Notes: a model not told the origin generated them from the sequence alone. DNA of 64,000 nucleotides from Cyanophora paradoxa CCMP329 (GCA_004431415.1 QPMI01000627.1:151077-215076), one strand, 5' to 3'; shown: positions 13,713-27,374, numbered from the stretch's first letter. Numbers and translations: made by a program.

Positions 13713-14194
13713 GTATACGGCGTACAACCGTAGTACTGAGTATACGCTCCGGATCCTTCCAGGACCTTCACTGAGTTCACTCACGCGGACCGTCCCAGCG
13801 CTAGCTAGCGTTGACGATCGTTCTCGCGCGCGTGCAGCGCAACGCGTACGGTCCGACGGTCCAGCAAGTTGGCGCTCTCCTATAGCTAGGCGTTCTGGAA
13901 GCAGGTCGCCGTCCGGTCCTCCTTCTACATCTCGCGCCGGCTAGCTCAACGCCGTATACGGCGTACAACCGTAGTACTGAGTATACGCTCCGGATCCTTC
14001 CAGGACCTTCACTGAGTTCACTCACGCGGACCGTCCCAGCGCTAGCTAGCGTTGACGATCGTTCTCGCGCGCGTGCAGCGCAACGCGTACGGTCCGACGG
14101 TCCAGCAAGTTGGCGCTCTCCTATAGCTAGGCGTTCTGGAAGCAGGTCGCCGTCCGGTCCTCCTTCTACATCTCGCGCCGGCTAGCTCAACGCC
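13713..14194. repeat. Perfect 241-bp tandem duplication (2 copies) in a divergent intergenic region
   Basis: GTATACGGCGTACAACC...GCTCAACGCC starts at 13713 and again at 13954. Confidence 0.9.
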
Positions 14195-14379
14195 GGCGCC
14201 GCCGGCACGCGTCAGTAGCCGCTTGCGCAAGATCGCCGACGTCGCACGTGTCAAGGCAACACCGCATTCTATCATATCTACACCTCACGCGCCCGCGAGG
14301 ATCGCCGGCCGAGTGGAAGCTTCGCGTGCATCTGGGAATCGTCAGCGCTCAGCGGCTCAGGTCCTCAGAGAGCTCTGGA

Positions 14380-15570
14380 ATGTTTGCCCCGGCTCTCCCG
14401 CTCGCCGGCACGGGTTCTCCGAGCGCCAAGCGCGACTCGCTGCCGCGGCGGCCAAGCAGTAGCTGCCTTAGCGAGCCGGCAACCGCGGCGCAAAGCGCGG
14501 AGATTGAGGCGTCCTCATCGATGACGGCCGCGCCAGCGCCGACAACAGCGGCATCGCTGAAGCGGACCTTCGTCCCAGCGAGCGAGCTGGACCTGTGCTC
14601 CACATTCGCGGGGCTCAGCTCCCCGCGGACGCCCTCGAGGCGGCGGAGGAACCTTCTGGGGTCGGAGGGCGCGTGCAGCCCGTCTCCCAGCTCGGCGGGG
14701 CCCCACTTGAGCCCCGCGCGGGCCTCGGGCGAGCCCAGCGCACCGGCCCCGCCCGCGCCGCCTCCGGCGGACGCGCCACTCCAGGCCTGCTCCTCCTCCA
14801 GCCGCTCACCCGAGATCGAGTCTGAAATCGACGCCGCCGCGAGCGGCAGCTGGAAGCGCAAGACCCCTTGGCAGCGCGTCAACGTGCCGGGTGCGGTCGC
14901 GAGCGCACGCTTTCTGTCAATCCGCCTCACGTGCGCGCGGCCGCAGTCTACGCGCTCTCGACGGTCGACGCGTTCGGCAAGAGCAACATGAACATCGCCT
15001 CGTACGTCACGGCAATCAGCGTGGACCCGAAGATGTACGCGGTTTCGATCTTCCACGGCACGAAGACCCTCGAGAACGCGCGCGCGACGGGCCGCATCCT
15101 CCTGCAGGTCCGCGCGCATTCCGCTAGCGCTCCGCGTTCGCCGCCGCTGACCCGGCCCGCAGACTTTGGATGCCGAGGAGCACTACAAGCTCGTGAATCT
15201 GCTCGGGAAGCAGTCCGGGCGCGAGGTCGACAAGATGCGGGACCCGCTGCTCGCCGGAGCCACGGAGCAAATGAACGGTGCGCTCGGGGTGCCGCGCCGC
15301 TTGTCGAATCCGGGCCGGCGCGAATCCGCGGCAGGGATCGCGTACCTTCGCGATGCTCTCTCGGTCGTGGAGCTCAAGGTCCGGCAGTGGGTGGAGGCCG
15401 GTGCGTCCCGATCCGCCCGCGGCCGGACTTGATCCGAGGCCGAATTTGAATAATTTGATCCAGGTGACCACGAGCTCGCCGTCTGCGACGTGGTCGGCTG
15501 GGCGAACCTCAACGACGGGCGCTCGCTCGACATGGACGATCTGAGGAGGCACAAGATCGTCCGCATATGA
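14380..15570 (+). CDS. Flavin reductase-like (FMN-binding split-barrel) protein with a long Ser/Pro/Ala-rich N-terminal extension; 4 short introns in the domain
   Basis: Spliced product PWQRVNVP/VYALST..NMNIASYVTAISVDPKMYAVSIFHGTKTLEN..LLQ/..LLGKQSGREVDK../GIAYLRDALSVVELKV..VEA/GDHELAVCDVV includes the GDH motif of flavin reductases. Start uncertain. Confidence 0.75.
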
Positions 15571-16135
15571 CCGTCGGACCGACCCGCTTGATTTGATTCC
15601 TTGCCGAGCCGCTGCGCCGGCCGCGGGCGTCGGCGCCTGCCCCCGAGGCGCCTCGAAACGTCTCGGAGAGAACTCGCCTGTACCGGGGCTCTTTGGTAGC
15701 CTAGTATACGTAGCCTTCGAGGCTTAGGTTAGGATTTGAAAGCTCCCCGGTACCCCCGGCCGCATCGTCGCATTTGAATTCTATCCAGCCCGCTTGCTGT
15801 GTACCGTAGTCGCTGAGTTTTCATTCTTCTTTGCGAGTATGTGTTCCAATTCGCTTAATTTATAGGACCTTTCCACGTACCGATTTGATCTATTATTTGT
15901 TATAGGCACCAGCTTGAATCACTGATCACGAATGTATTCGACATAATATGTTGATGCTTACACTTAGCTTCCGTAGCCTAGTAGCACCGTACTGCACTCT
16001 GGCTAGACGTCCCTACGAGACCCAGCTGTAGCTATAGCTAGCGCTAGTTTCACGAATCGTAGTATGTCACTGAGTCACGTGTGCAAGTCTATTTACAGAG
16101 CATCCGGTCCGACGGTCCGCGCGAGGGCAGGGCGG

Positions 16136-18775
16136 TCACTCTTCGGCGGCGGCGGCGGCCTGCGCAGCGCCGCCGGGGGGGCCGCCGCCTCCAGCGATGT
16201 ACCGGACCCGCACGCGGGCGCCGGGGAGCCACCGGCGGAGCACGGCCGAGGCGTGCGGCTCCAGGGCCGGAGGGGCCCGAACGTAGAGCTCCAGGCGGGC
16301 CTGCCGGCAGTATACGTAGTGAGATTCGATCTCGGATTTGAATTTGATCTCAAGGATCGAATCTCGCGGCGCACGGCGGGGCAGCGGAGGCGGACGCCCC
16401 GGAGGAGGGCGTACCCCCGCAGGTCCTCCTCCCTCCGCACGACGTTGCCCACCGCCACGTACCTGCGAACGAAGTCAGGGGGTACAGGGAAAGCCCGGGG
16501 TACGGGGGTCACGCGCACTCAAGGTGGGGGCACGAGGCGAGCGCGGCGGCCTCGTCGACCGAGAGGGGCCGCGCGGCGTGCTGCGGTACCCCGTTCAAAG
16601 GGGGGGGGAAGAAAGCGAGGCCGGGGTACAGGGCCCACCTGCACGTAGGACCACCAGCGGAGGGCGCGGGATCCGGCGCGGGCCTGGGCGCGGAAGCTCA
16701 GCTTCGGAAATAGTAGCCAGCAGCGAGCTGGCCTGAAGCTTTCTTTCTCCAAATTAAGATCTCAACGGCTCTAGATCAGATTGAAGGGCGGCGGGATCGC
16801 GCGCACGAGGGTGGCGGCGGCGGGGCCGGAGACGAGCCCCCGCTCGTCCGGGAGGTAGAAGGCGACATGAAGGGAGTTTAGCGCGGGGAGGCGCCCGACG
16901 GCGGCCGCGAGGCCGCGAAGCAGCGCCGCGCCCCGCGTCCGCTCCGCCCCGCCCGCCGCCGCCGCGTCCTCCTCTGTGTCCCAGAGGTGGACGCTGGATC
17001 GAATATGTTAGAGAGGGGGAAAGAACGAAGGGGGGGTACAGCGCGCCTGAGCGCGAGGTCCGTGAGGCTGCCGAGGGCGCCCAGCCGCTCCGCAACGTCC
17101 GCGCTGTCCTCGTCCACCTGCGCTCCGGGTTCGAATCCGGGCGGGAAGGGGTTTCGAGGTTTTTTTGGGGGGGGTACGCGCCTCTATGGAGAGGGAGCGG
17201 AGGCCGTGCATCGCCGAGAGGGCCTCTACCCCGACCGGGCCGCACCTGCACCCGGTCAGCCGGTCAGTCAGTCACGGGGGTACGCGTGCGCTTCGGGGCA
17301 GCGCGGGGGGTACCGCACCAGAGCTCGTGGGCCTCGGCGCCGCGCGCGACGCGGCGGATGGAGCGGCCGGCGGGCCCGGCGGACAGGGCGGCCAGCCCGG
17401 GGCCGAAGTAGAGGTCGGGGGGACCGTGGAGGGTCAGCTCCTCGAGGGCGGCGAGGGGCGCGAGCGGCTCGAGGGCCGAATCGTCGTCCCCGGCCAGGGC
17501 CAGCGAGAGCGAACGGAGGCGGGGTAGGGCCGCAGCCAGCGCCCCGCACTGCTCGGCGTGGAGGGGGAGGAGGGGGGGTAGGGAGAGGGACGCGAGGGAG
17601 GAGGCGAGGGGGGAGAAGAGCGCAGCCCAGCGGCGCCCGGGCGCCGGGGGAAGGTCGCGGTCCGGGCGGGTCGGCGCCTGCGGCGGGCGCGCCGCGGGCG
17701 AGTCGATCTCCAGGCGCTCGAGGGCAGAGGCAGGCGCGAGGGCGCTCAGCGCCCGCAGGAGAAGCCGCTGCGCCGCGGCGGAGGAGGGCAGCGCCGCCGG
17801 CGCCGCGTTCGGGCGGCGCTCGTTAGGCTCGAGCGCCACGCGGACGGCGCGCAGCTGAGGCTGCGGAGCCACCGCAGCCAGAAGATCCACAGCCGACTCC
17901 TGCGCATGCGGGCCGGCGCCGGCGCGCGCGTTCAAAGGCGGCGGCGCAGTCGGCAGACCGGAAGGCGGGCGGACCTGCGCGGCCGGGCTCTCCCACTCGA
18001 CCCGTACGTCCAGAGAGGCCACTCCGCCCAGGAGCCCCGCGGCGCTCCGGTCCGCGAGCCAGCGGACGGCCGGCGGCGGCGGCGCGCGCACGTCGGCGCG
18101 GAGGGCGAGGGGCGCGCTGCAGGAGGAGAGCAGCGCGCGCCAGCGGGAGCAGACGGCGAGGAGGCGCGCGAGGGAGGCCGCGTCGCACGCGGGGTCCAGC
18201 GCGAGGAGCAGGACCGACTCGAGGACGTCGTCGGGGAGCAGCGCGAAAAGGTCGGGGGCGGCGTGCGCGGCCGCTCGGGCGCGGCGCTCGCGTTCGCGTC
18301 CTCCGCTTGCGGCGTGGGAGGCGGCGGCGGCGGAGGCGGAAGCGCCAGGGGCGCCGGATCGCAGTCGGCGAACTGGGCTTGCGCGGCCGCCGGCCGCGCG
18401 GCGCCTCGCGCGCCCTGTAGGTGCACATTCAGCTGCTGGAATCGGGAGCGCGCGCGGCTTCGCGCAGATTCCAAGATTCGCACCTGGGCAGCCGCGCCCG
18501 AGTTCTGGCGGTGGAGCGCGAAGAGAGACAGCATGGCGGCGGCGAACTGCGCGTGCAAGAAGCGAGTCAGCTCGCACCGTTGATCTTTTCAGCAGGAAGG
18601 TGTGCTCGAGGCGCCGGATTGTGGTTTCCGGTCGCAGCGCAGCGCGCACTGCGGGGCGCACCAGTTGGTGGCTCCGACTCCAACGACGCCGCTTGCAAGC
18701 GAATGCGGTGCGCGAATGTCGGCGCGCTTTGCTTTTCAAGTAATGTGCTTTGGGGGGTACGCAGAAGTGAGCCAT
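16136..18775 (-). CDS. F-box / leucine-rich repeat protein, multi-exon
   Basis: F-box LFALLPDDVLESVLL..LARLLAVCSRWRAL followed by LRRs LPRLRSLSLAL, LAALEELTLHG, LRSLSIEA and LGSLTDLALR. Start approximate. Confidence 0.7.
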
Positions 18776-18914
18776 TCGAATTGAGCCGAGCCCCCGTCCG
18801 GCTGCAGCCAGCTAGCGTGCCTGCCTGCACTTGCCGAGTCCAGCTAGCGCGCTGCGAGCGATGAGGCCAGCCGCAGCTCTGCCTCGTGCGTTCGAGCCGC
18901 TCGGAACCGCAAAG

Positions 18915-21900
18915 ATGACGGCTTCCCCGAGCGAGCTCGGGAGCAGCGGTTCCGATAGCGACGAGGGCGCCGAAGAGAGCATTCAGTCCATCCTGGATCG
19001 CGTCCGCGCCCTGCCCGAGTACCGCGAGTATATGCGGAAGATGCGGGAAGAGGAGCGCGCGCGGGGCGAGAGCAGCGGCTCCTCCCCGCCGGCATCGCCA
19101 ACACGGAAGAACGCGCCGCCGACCGTAAGGAGAGACGACGCGCTGCGCTTGAGCGGCCCGTGGGCCTCGGCGGCGCGGCGGCTCTCTCTCCGGCAGAGCA
19201 TGGACTCGATCCGGACGGCGATCGGCGACGAAGCGCACTCGAACTTCCGGTGCCTGCGGCGGGCCCTGCGGGCGTGGCGGCACCGAGCCGCGGCGTGGAA
19301 GCGCAAGCGCGAGTGCATCGTACAGGCGGCGAACCACTGCTTCAGGCGGGCGTGCAGGTCCGGCCCCGCCCCCGCGCTCGCGCGCAGCGCAGAGCCGACG
19401 ACGCGGCGCCTCCGGCAGGAACGCGCTAAGGACCTGGAGGGGCAACGCGCGGTCGCGGCGACTGGCGTGCCTATCCCGCGCCTGGCAGCGATGGGCGGGC
19501 ACGGTCGCAGAGACACGCTGGTGAGCCGCTGAGGCGGGCGGCCCTGCTCGCCCCGGGCCGACTCGATTTGCAGGGAAGCGTACCTCGAATCGCTAGCTAC
19601 GGAGATGGCCCACAGGCGGGCGCGGCGGGCGCACCGACGCGTTTTCCGTGCGTGGCGGGGCTACACAGGCGAGCGCGGCCGGCGGCACGCCGTCGGACGG
19701 GAGATCGAAGCCGCGCGCCGCGGGGCGGCGCTCGCGACGACGTGCGTACCCCCCTCTCGCTCCGCGCATTCCCCGCCTTGGCTTACTTACTGCTTCTTCT
19801 GCCTTCGTTCGCAGATTTCGAGCCTGGCGGGACGGCCTGCCGGCCCTGCGCCGCCTCAACTGGTGCGAGTCGGTCGCGGATCTGTTCCGGAGGCGCCGGC
19901 TGCTCCGGGGCGCCCTCGTGCAGCTCCACCTCCTCCTCCTGCATCGGTACCCCTCCCCCCGGCCCGTCCCCCACCGTACCCCCCAACGAACCGCCGCGCC
20001 GCAGGTGCCGGGGCCTTAGGCGGGCCAAGCTCTTCTCCCGCGTTCGCCTCTGGAGGCGGGTTTTCCTTCCGTGGGCGGCGCTGGCGAGGGCAAAGCAGGC
20101 GGCGCGAGCCGAGGCGGAGGATAGGGGCCGGCTGGCCCTCGCGGGGCGGGCGTGGCGCAGCTGGGCGCAACACACGGCCCGCCGGGTCCGCGCTTTGTCC
20201 CGGCTCTGTCCGTCCGCCTGTCTGTCTGCCGCGCCGACGACGCGGGGCGCAGAGGCGTGAGCGAGTGGCGGCGGGGCGGGCGCTGAATTTCAGGAGGCGC
20301 CGCCTGCTGGCGGCCGGCCTCCAGGGATTCTGCGCCGCGCTCGGCCGGGCGCGGGAGCGGCGGTGGGAGGAGGCCGCCGAGCGCGCGGCGGAGGCCTTCG
20401 CTCAGGGGCGGGGCGCCCGCTTGCGGGCGGGAGCCGCGCTCCGCCGCTGGTGCGTCTTCCATCCTGTCCGCTCATCTTCTTCCGAGCCATTCGATCTAAG
20501 CGGCCGGGCGGCGGGTGGCAGGGGCAACGGGGCGCGGGCGGCGCGGCGGGAGGCGGAGCTCGCGCTGCGGGCCGACGCGGCGGGGGCTCGCCGCGCTGCC
20601 GCCGTCGCCCTCCCGCGGGCCTTCGAGGCACTTCGTTCGCATTCGCGCAGCGCCGCCCGCAAGCGGCTGGGGCGGCAGGTGACCGTTCCTCTCTCCTCTC
20701 CTGTCCTCTCCTTTCGATCCGCCCTGCGCAGCTGGCCGACGCGTTCTACGCGCGGCGCCTCGCGGCGAGGGCGCTGGAACGCTGGCGGGCGGCTTCAAGG
20801 CTCGGCCTCCTGCGGCGGGTGCGCGCCCCCGCCCGGCGCCAACTCCTACGGAGGCTAGAACGAGGCTTTCTGATTGCTACGTCTTCTGAGCCTTTTTATA
20901 TTGCAACAGGCGGGGGAAGACGTCGCATCCCTTTTCTACGAGGCGAACCTCAGGCGGCGCGCCGCGGCGGCGCTCCGCGGCTGGCGCAGCGCGGCGTCCG
21001 AGGCGGCCGCCGGGAGGGACGCGGCGGCCGCCCGCCTGCGCGAGCTGAGTGCGCTGCGAGCTGAGGACTAGTACGCCTGGGCGACCTTCTGACGCCCCTC
21101 GCTCGTTTTCGCTCGCAGCCGTCGCGGCGCGTGCCTTCGCTCGCTCCGGGCGGCCGTGGAGGGTTCTCGGGAGGCGCAGGCGTCCGCGTCGCGTCGGGCG
21201 GAGGGCGCCGCCGCGCGGCGCGCCCTTCGCGGGTGGCGCCGCGAGGCGGCCGAGCGCGCCTCCCGCCGGTCCCTCCTTGACCAGGTCGGCTGCCTTCGCA
21301 CTCCCCTCCCGCCCCGAACGAATTTTAAGCGCGCCCCGCAGGCCCTTTCGCGCCGCCGGGCGGCCGCCCTGTCGCGCTGCTTCGGCGCATGGGCCTCCGA
21401 GGTGCGCTGATCCCCCTCCCTCCGCCGTGTCCCTGTACCCCCCTCCCCGCCCGACGATGCCGCCTGCAGGCCGCCTCCTCGCCCTCTCGATCGCCCGGGG
21501 GTACCGCCCCCCCCGCGCCTCAGCAGTGGTCGTTTCCGTACCCCCCCCGGGCCGTCCCAGGATCGGCTTCAGAATCCTCCGAGTCCGAGCCGGCCGACAT
21601 CGTACCCCGGCCCTGGCGCGCCCCCGTACCCGGACCTCGCACCGCGTACTGGGTACAGCACGCATCCCTGGCCGCCGCCGCTCCGCCCTCCCCGTACCCC
21701 CCTTCCTCCTCTTCTTCCCCCGCCTCGCAATCCCGGCCTCTCTTGCGCCCCGCCCGCCCGGGCCCGGGCCCCGTCAGCACCTCTTCCCCCCCCTCCTCCG
21801 CATCCACGCCAACGCGGAGATTTTTGCGACCGCCGGAATCTCTCTCCGGGGGGTACGACACCGACGAAAACGACCCCGCCGTGGTGCGTCCGTACCCCTG

Positions 21901-22247
21901 CGCCTCGCGGCCCCGTTGACCTCCCCCTTTCCCCGCCCCCCATCCAACGCAGCGCCGGGGTACGCGTGCTGCCGCCGTCTTCCACCAGCGGTCCCTACTG
22001 GTCCGACACTTCCTCACCGTGCGCGTCCCCTGGCCCGGGGGGGGGCTTTGTGTACAAATTCGAATTTGATCCGCTCGGGCGCCGACACTCGACTTCTCCC
22101 GTTCATGCGCAGTGGCGATTCGCAGCCCTGGCCGGCGCCGCGGCATCCGACCCGGGATCCATGATTGCGGACCCCCCGCCCAGGGGAAACGTGTACCCCC
22201 GCCGCCTCTGGTCCCCCGCCTCTTCGGCGTCGTGGTCGACGCCGTGA
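18915..22247 (+). CDS. Sfi1-repeat-like (putative centrin-binding) protein, multi-exon
   Basis: Recurrent Arg/Ala-rich helical repeats ending in Trp: RRALRAWR, RRVFRAWR, RRVFLPWA, GRAWRSWA, ARALERWR, AALRGWR, RALRGWR, SRCFGAWA. Confidence 0.6.
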
Positions 22248-23306
22248 TATCGATCGGATGGTTCGTGCATTTCAGAGCAGCCGAGATCTAGAGCAAAGAC
22301 GCTTTAATCTTTGGTCCCGTGCAAATGCCTGAATGAAACTGAGCCTCGTCTACGTATACGCGTTATAATTAGGGTCCGATGGTCCGATCGCGACATCCGA
22401 TGATGTCTGACGGTCCGATCGCGAGGCTCCGGATCCGGATCCGGATCCGGATCCGGATCATCGAATTCTATGCTTTTTTTTGAGAGACTACGGTGGGGCG
22501 AACGGTCCGCGAACCCCCCGTAGCCTGGGCCGTAGGTAGTGATATTAAGGAGAACAAAGCAATCACAATCCGATATAGGTCATATATATATGCATCATAT
22601 ATGCACTGCGGCATGGCATCAGATATCGATGCATATGATCATGCGAGAGCTCGAGAGGATGCATCATGGGATTCATGGCATATATATGCCGCGCGCTGGC
22701 GCCATGCGTATGCACTGCGGCATACATGTACATGATGACGTCGACTCAGTGAACTTCGAATTCGCGATCGCGCCGCGGCGCCGGCGATCACATGAGCTCT
22801 GCGAGCTGCTTTGGACTTGAACCGAGGCAGCCTGCCTTGGCTGCCCTAGGGGGGTCTGAGGCCCCTAGCTAGGCAGCGGAGGCATTTTGCCTCATTTTTT
22901 TCTGCCTTGCCTAGATTGCACAGTCCAGACTTTCAAGTTACTAGTACTAGCCTAGTAGTAGTAGGCAGGCTAACGCATCTGCCTGCAGTCTGCAGAGGCG
23001 GTCCATGCTGCCTTTTTCAAGTTGGATTTTCGACGCAGTCGTAATCAGCCAATCGCGTAACTTGGAGACCGAGGCAGAGGCACGGTGGATATCGATCACG
23101 CTCCGGCAGGCCCCCGGCCGCGCGCCGCCGCGGCGCCGGCTATACTGTAAAGCAGGAAATATTTGAGACCCCAAAATGTTTAGTACTAGTAATTCCGTGG
23201 TTTGGTCGGTTTAGTAGGCCTAAAATAATTAAGAGTTGGTCGCGGAAGCCTTTAGCAGGGGGTTCCGGGGTGCGCGTGGGCGCGGCGCGTGCGAAACTAA
23301 TTATAT

Positions 23307-23624
23307 AATGCTGAAGAAATGTATGCTGCGAAACTAATATTAATGCTCATGCGTTCTTGAAATCGAAACTTAGCATTCCTACCACAATCATTTGATTGCG
23401 CTCAAGCCCAACACGCAAATGGCCGAGCAAAAAAAAATGCCAAGTTCTACCCTTGCTCGGTACACTTTAATTTGACATGTAGGGTGCGCATAAGAAACTT
23501 GGAATTCGAAAGAACTCGGGATCCGGAGGCTCGAAAAATAGATTACACATAGCTATAGCACGAAACTGCACTGAGGCAAGGAATCGGAAACGAAAGAAGC
23601 ACATGTACAGTCCTGCTTACACTT
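23307..23624. repeat. Diverged direct repeat, copy 1 (copy 2 at ~26755-27046)
   Basis: Shared blocks AAGAAATGTATGCTGCGAAACT, GAAATCGAAAC, AAATAGATTACACATAGCTAT, GAATCGGAAACGAAAGAAGCAC and AGTCCTGCTTACACTT. Confidence 0.75.
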
Positions 23625-23839
23625 ATAAATTAAACGTTGCGGGTTTTATTGCAAGGGGGGAAAAGAAGACCGAAGGTCTTCCCCCCCTTGCTTCCCGTTC
23701 CCTCGCTTCAGCCAAAATTCTTCTATGAGGCCGTTTTCGAGGTCCAGTTTGCAACGCGGGAAAAAAATGGGTGGAAATTCGCTTGCAGCGACACGTGTTT
23801 GTCGCTGCGGCCGTCCATGCAAAAAAAGGTTTTCGAGGG

Positions 23840-24475
23840 CGAAGACCAGTTTTCCTTGACTTGAAGCCTGGAAACCAGCTTCTCTCACATTCCGATCTTC
23901 GAATTCCTTCCGCGGTTCTAGCGAAGACCAGTTTTCCTTGACCTGAAGCCTGGAAAGCAACTTCTCTCTCATTCCGGTCTTCGAATTCGTTCCGCGGTTC
24001 TGCATGGAACCAGTTCTCCCTATAGCTAGCTGTCTCCTGTAGATTTCGGCTTCCTCGCAGTGCGTTGCTTACGCCTTGCTCTTCGTTGCGCGGTTCTGCA
24101 TGGAACCACTTCTCCCTAGCTGTCTTGCTCGATCTCCTCTAGATTTCCACTTTCTCGCACTGCGCCGCGTACGCCGCACGGAATTTCTTAAAAATTATCC
24201 CTTCTGCATGGAACCAGTTCTCCCTATAGCTAGCTGTCTCCTGTAGATTTCGGCTTCCTCGCAGTGCGTTGCTTACGCCTTGCTCTTCGTTGCGCGGTTC
24301 TGCATGGAACCACTTCTCCCTAGCTGTCTTGCTCGATCTCCTCTAGATTTCCACTTTCTCGCACTGCGCCGCGTACGCCGCACGGAATTTCTTAAAAATT
24401 ATCCCTAGCTGTCTTGCTCGATCTCCTCTGGATTTCCACTTCCTCGCAGTGCGCCGCGTACGCCGCACGGTACCC
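23840..24475. repeat. Nested tandem repeats (~82-bp x2, then ~204-bp x2 plus a partial copy)
   Basis: GAAGACCAGTTTTCCTTGAC at ~23841 and ~23923; TTCTGCATGGAACCAGTTCTCCCTATAGC...AAAAATTATCCC repeated at ~23998 and ~24202. Confidence 0.8.
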
Positions 24476-25338
24476 GTGCCGCCTGATCTACTTTTGACTG
24501 CATCAAGCTTGAACCGCAGCACGTGCACCGAAGCACGCGCAGCCCGTGGGCCGCATTGGCCCGTACCGCGTAGCTTTTCCTCGCGGTCCAGCCTCTGGTC
24601 GCAGCCGTATCGCTGCGCCGACCTCGTTGGCGCCCCGGCCGCTGTCCCTTCGCGCCGGGCGGTCTTGCGAGCTGACCAGCTCTTGCGAGCGCACCAGCGG
24701 CAAACCGATCGCGAGCATTCGAGTTGCGAATAACAAAGAGCGGCGCATGTGCAGCTGCAGCGCGTGAACAGTGAGTAAGCGCGATCATTGCGTGCACGAG
24801 AATCCGGGCGTGAACTGAGCTTCGGCACTGAGCTTAAGCAAGAGAAAGCGCCTCAGCAGCCAACAAGAGAAAGTTAACATGCGACGAGGGCGCAAAGTTG
24901 CTGCAGAGCTGCCTGAAGGCATCGTTGAAGGCGAGAGCATACAGTTAGAGCGTTGCGGCACTGGGGCTTGCAACGGCGGGCTTTGCCTGCTTTGCCCAGC
25001 CGCAGGGCGCGATCACACCGCGGCGCCCAGGCTCTCGAGCCAGAGCGCGCTGCACGCGCCGCCGGCTCGATCGATACAGTTCTCGAAGACGAGATGCATG
25101 CATATGACACCCTTCCGTTTCCGACTGGCGCCCGTTTCACGTGCGTGTGCTGCAGCCGCATATGCATTCACGCATTCCTCAGCCTGACGTCGACACCAAG
25201 AGTAGCGAGAGAAGCTGACGCCGGCGCAGTCGCGAGGACCTCGAGCACAAGTGCAACGCGTCGAACCAGGTGCGACCGCCGAGCGGCCTCCGTCTCTGAA
25301 GTCAGCATCATCTGAACCATCCGCAGCTCCCCTTCGCG

Positions 25339-26122
25339 ATGGAGGTGGCCGACAGTGTCTTCCGCTGCTACGTGATGTCGCGGCCGGCTTCGGGACCGCC
25401 TCTGGCTGTTGGGGGGCTCGTCGTTGCCTCCGCCGACGACGCCTCCTGGCTCGGCCTCGCGCTCGGCCGGCTTTCTGCGGGCGCCGTCGCGCTTGTGCTC
25501 CCGCCGGACGGATACCGACACGCCGCATCCACCTGGCCGTCAGAAGCGGCCCCCGACGTCGCCGGTCTCGTGTCCGTGCTCGGAGCGGCTGAGAGGCCCC
25601 TGCTCATCCTCGTCCGCGAGCTCCCCGACCGGCCTGGCTTCCCCCCCATCCGCGAGGAGGCCGTCGCCTTCGCTTTAGCAACCGTCGAAGCACTCGCGGC
25701 TGCGCGGCAGGATCGCTTCGTCGTTCGCTTTGTCGGGTGCGCGAACATTCATTCAACTGCACTGCCCATATCTAGATCTCGCGTCTGTTTCATGATTGCC
25801 ACGGCAGACCTGCAATCGAGGACCTCCACATGGGAGTCCTCACGCGCCTCCGAGACGCCGGCCTCGTCGATATCGAACTTCAAGACCTTGTCTACCAGAT
25901 GCGCGGCGGAAGCGAGCAGCGCGCCAGCCGCGTGGCTCAGATCTGCAGGCGCTCGAGGCGGCGGGCCGCCTCACCATGCTCTCCCAGCAGGGCCCTCTTC
26001 AGGACCGGCGCCGCTGGCTGCCGCTCACCCGCACGGCCGACTTCCGCCCCGACCCCCTCCAGACGGCCTGGATCGCCTATGTTTACGGCGAGCCCTCTGC
26101 AGACAGCACCATCATTTTTTAG
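25339..26122 (+). CDS. Hypothetical host protein (spliced; 5' exons may extend to ~24900)
   Basis: Coding-like GC3-rich frames joined by GTGCG...CAG introns; no recognisable domain. Confidence 0.35.
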
Positions 26123-26754
26123 CCAGCTGTTCAGGAGTAGGGGTAGGACGTGCAAACACAGTTGATGCGCAGAGTTTTTCCGCTCCAGAACAATCTTTCA
26201 TATACAGTGCACTCAATCTCGAAGTTCATTCAGGCTTTTCTTTGTTCGGTTAGATCGCAGCGTCTGCTTATCAGCTCTTTACAGTCATAATCTGTCTCTA
26301 TCTTTACTACTTCAATTGCAACCTGCCGCGCGCGCTGGGCCGGGGTCGATCTACATCTGCCCCGTGCATGTTCGTGCCACTACTACTCTTTCATTAGATC
26401 CAGATTCCCCCCTTGCACCCCCGGCGCGCCAAAACGCGGCCGGGCCACTAGTTATCGACATAGATCTAGACCTAGCCTCCAATTGATGCAAGTCCAAAAG
26501 CCGCGATGAGGAGTCTACCTGACAGTGCACCGACCTGCGACCGCGCCGCTGACGGTGCGCCGCGCGCGGCGGTCCGGTCGCTGGGGCCGCAAGAAGAGAA
26601 GCCGGCCCGGCGGCGACGGCCCGGGGACGGCCCGGCGCCTTGCACATTAAAATATTGGCATGAATTTACAAGGGCACCTAGACCGCGTCAAGGCATAATT
26701 CTAAGCTTCATGCAATTGACAGCATGCGCAGTCTTAAAATCAAACGTATTCTAA

Positions 26755-27046
26755 AGAAATGTATGCTGCGAAACTAATGCTGAAGAAATGTATCAAAGTA
26801 TGCTGCGAAACTGATGCTGGTGCGTCCTTGAAATCGAAACTCTAGCATTCCTACTTGCGCTCAAGCCACTGGGCCAAGCACCCATGCTTGGTACATCTAG
26901 AGCTGCGTATACTATGATACGAGACTTAAAAGAACTTGGAGGCTCGGAAAATAGATTACACATAGCTATCACAGTATAGCACGAAATCGCACACTGCGGC
27001 GAGGAATTGAATCGGAAACGAAAGAAGCACAGTCCTGCTTACACTT
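26755..27046. repeat. Diverged direct repeat, copy 2
   Basis: Same blocks as 23307-23624. Confidence 0.75.
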
Positions 27047-27199
27047 GAACGCTGCGGATGCTATTATCGATATAAATCTAGATCTAGACCTCGCTTCCAA
27101 TTGATATCGATGCAAGTCCAAAAGCCGCAATGAGGAGTCTAGCTATAGATCTACCCGACAGCACAACGGCCTGCCAGTGCGACGCCTGCGACCGTGCGA

Positions 27200-27334
27200 C
27201 CGTGCCCTCCGGTGGGGTCTTAGGCCGCGAGACGAGCTCGAGAAGCCGGTCCGGCAGTGCCGGGGCGGCCCGGCGCCTTCCAAGTTGGCCGCTTTTTAAA
27301 GTCGGCGGGGGGCCAGGATCAGCACACGCGCCCT

Positions 27335-27374
<40 letters not shown>

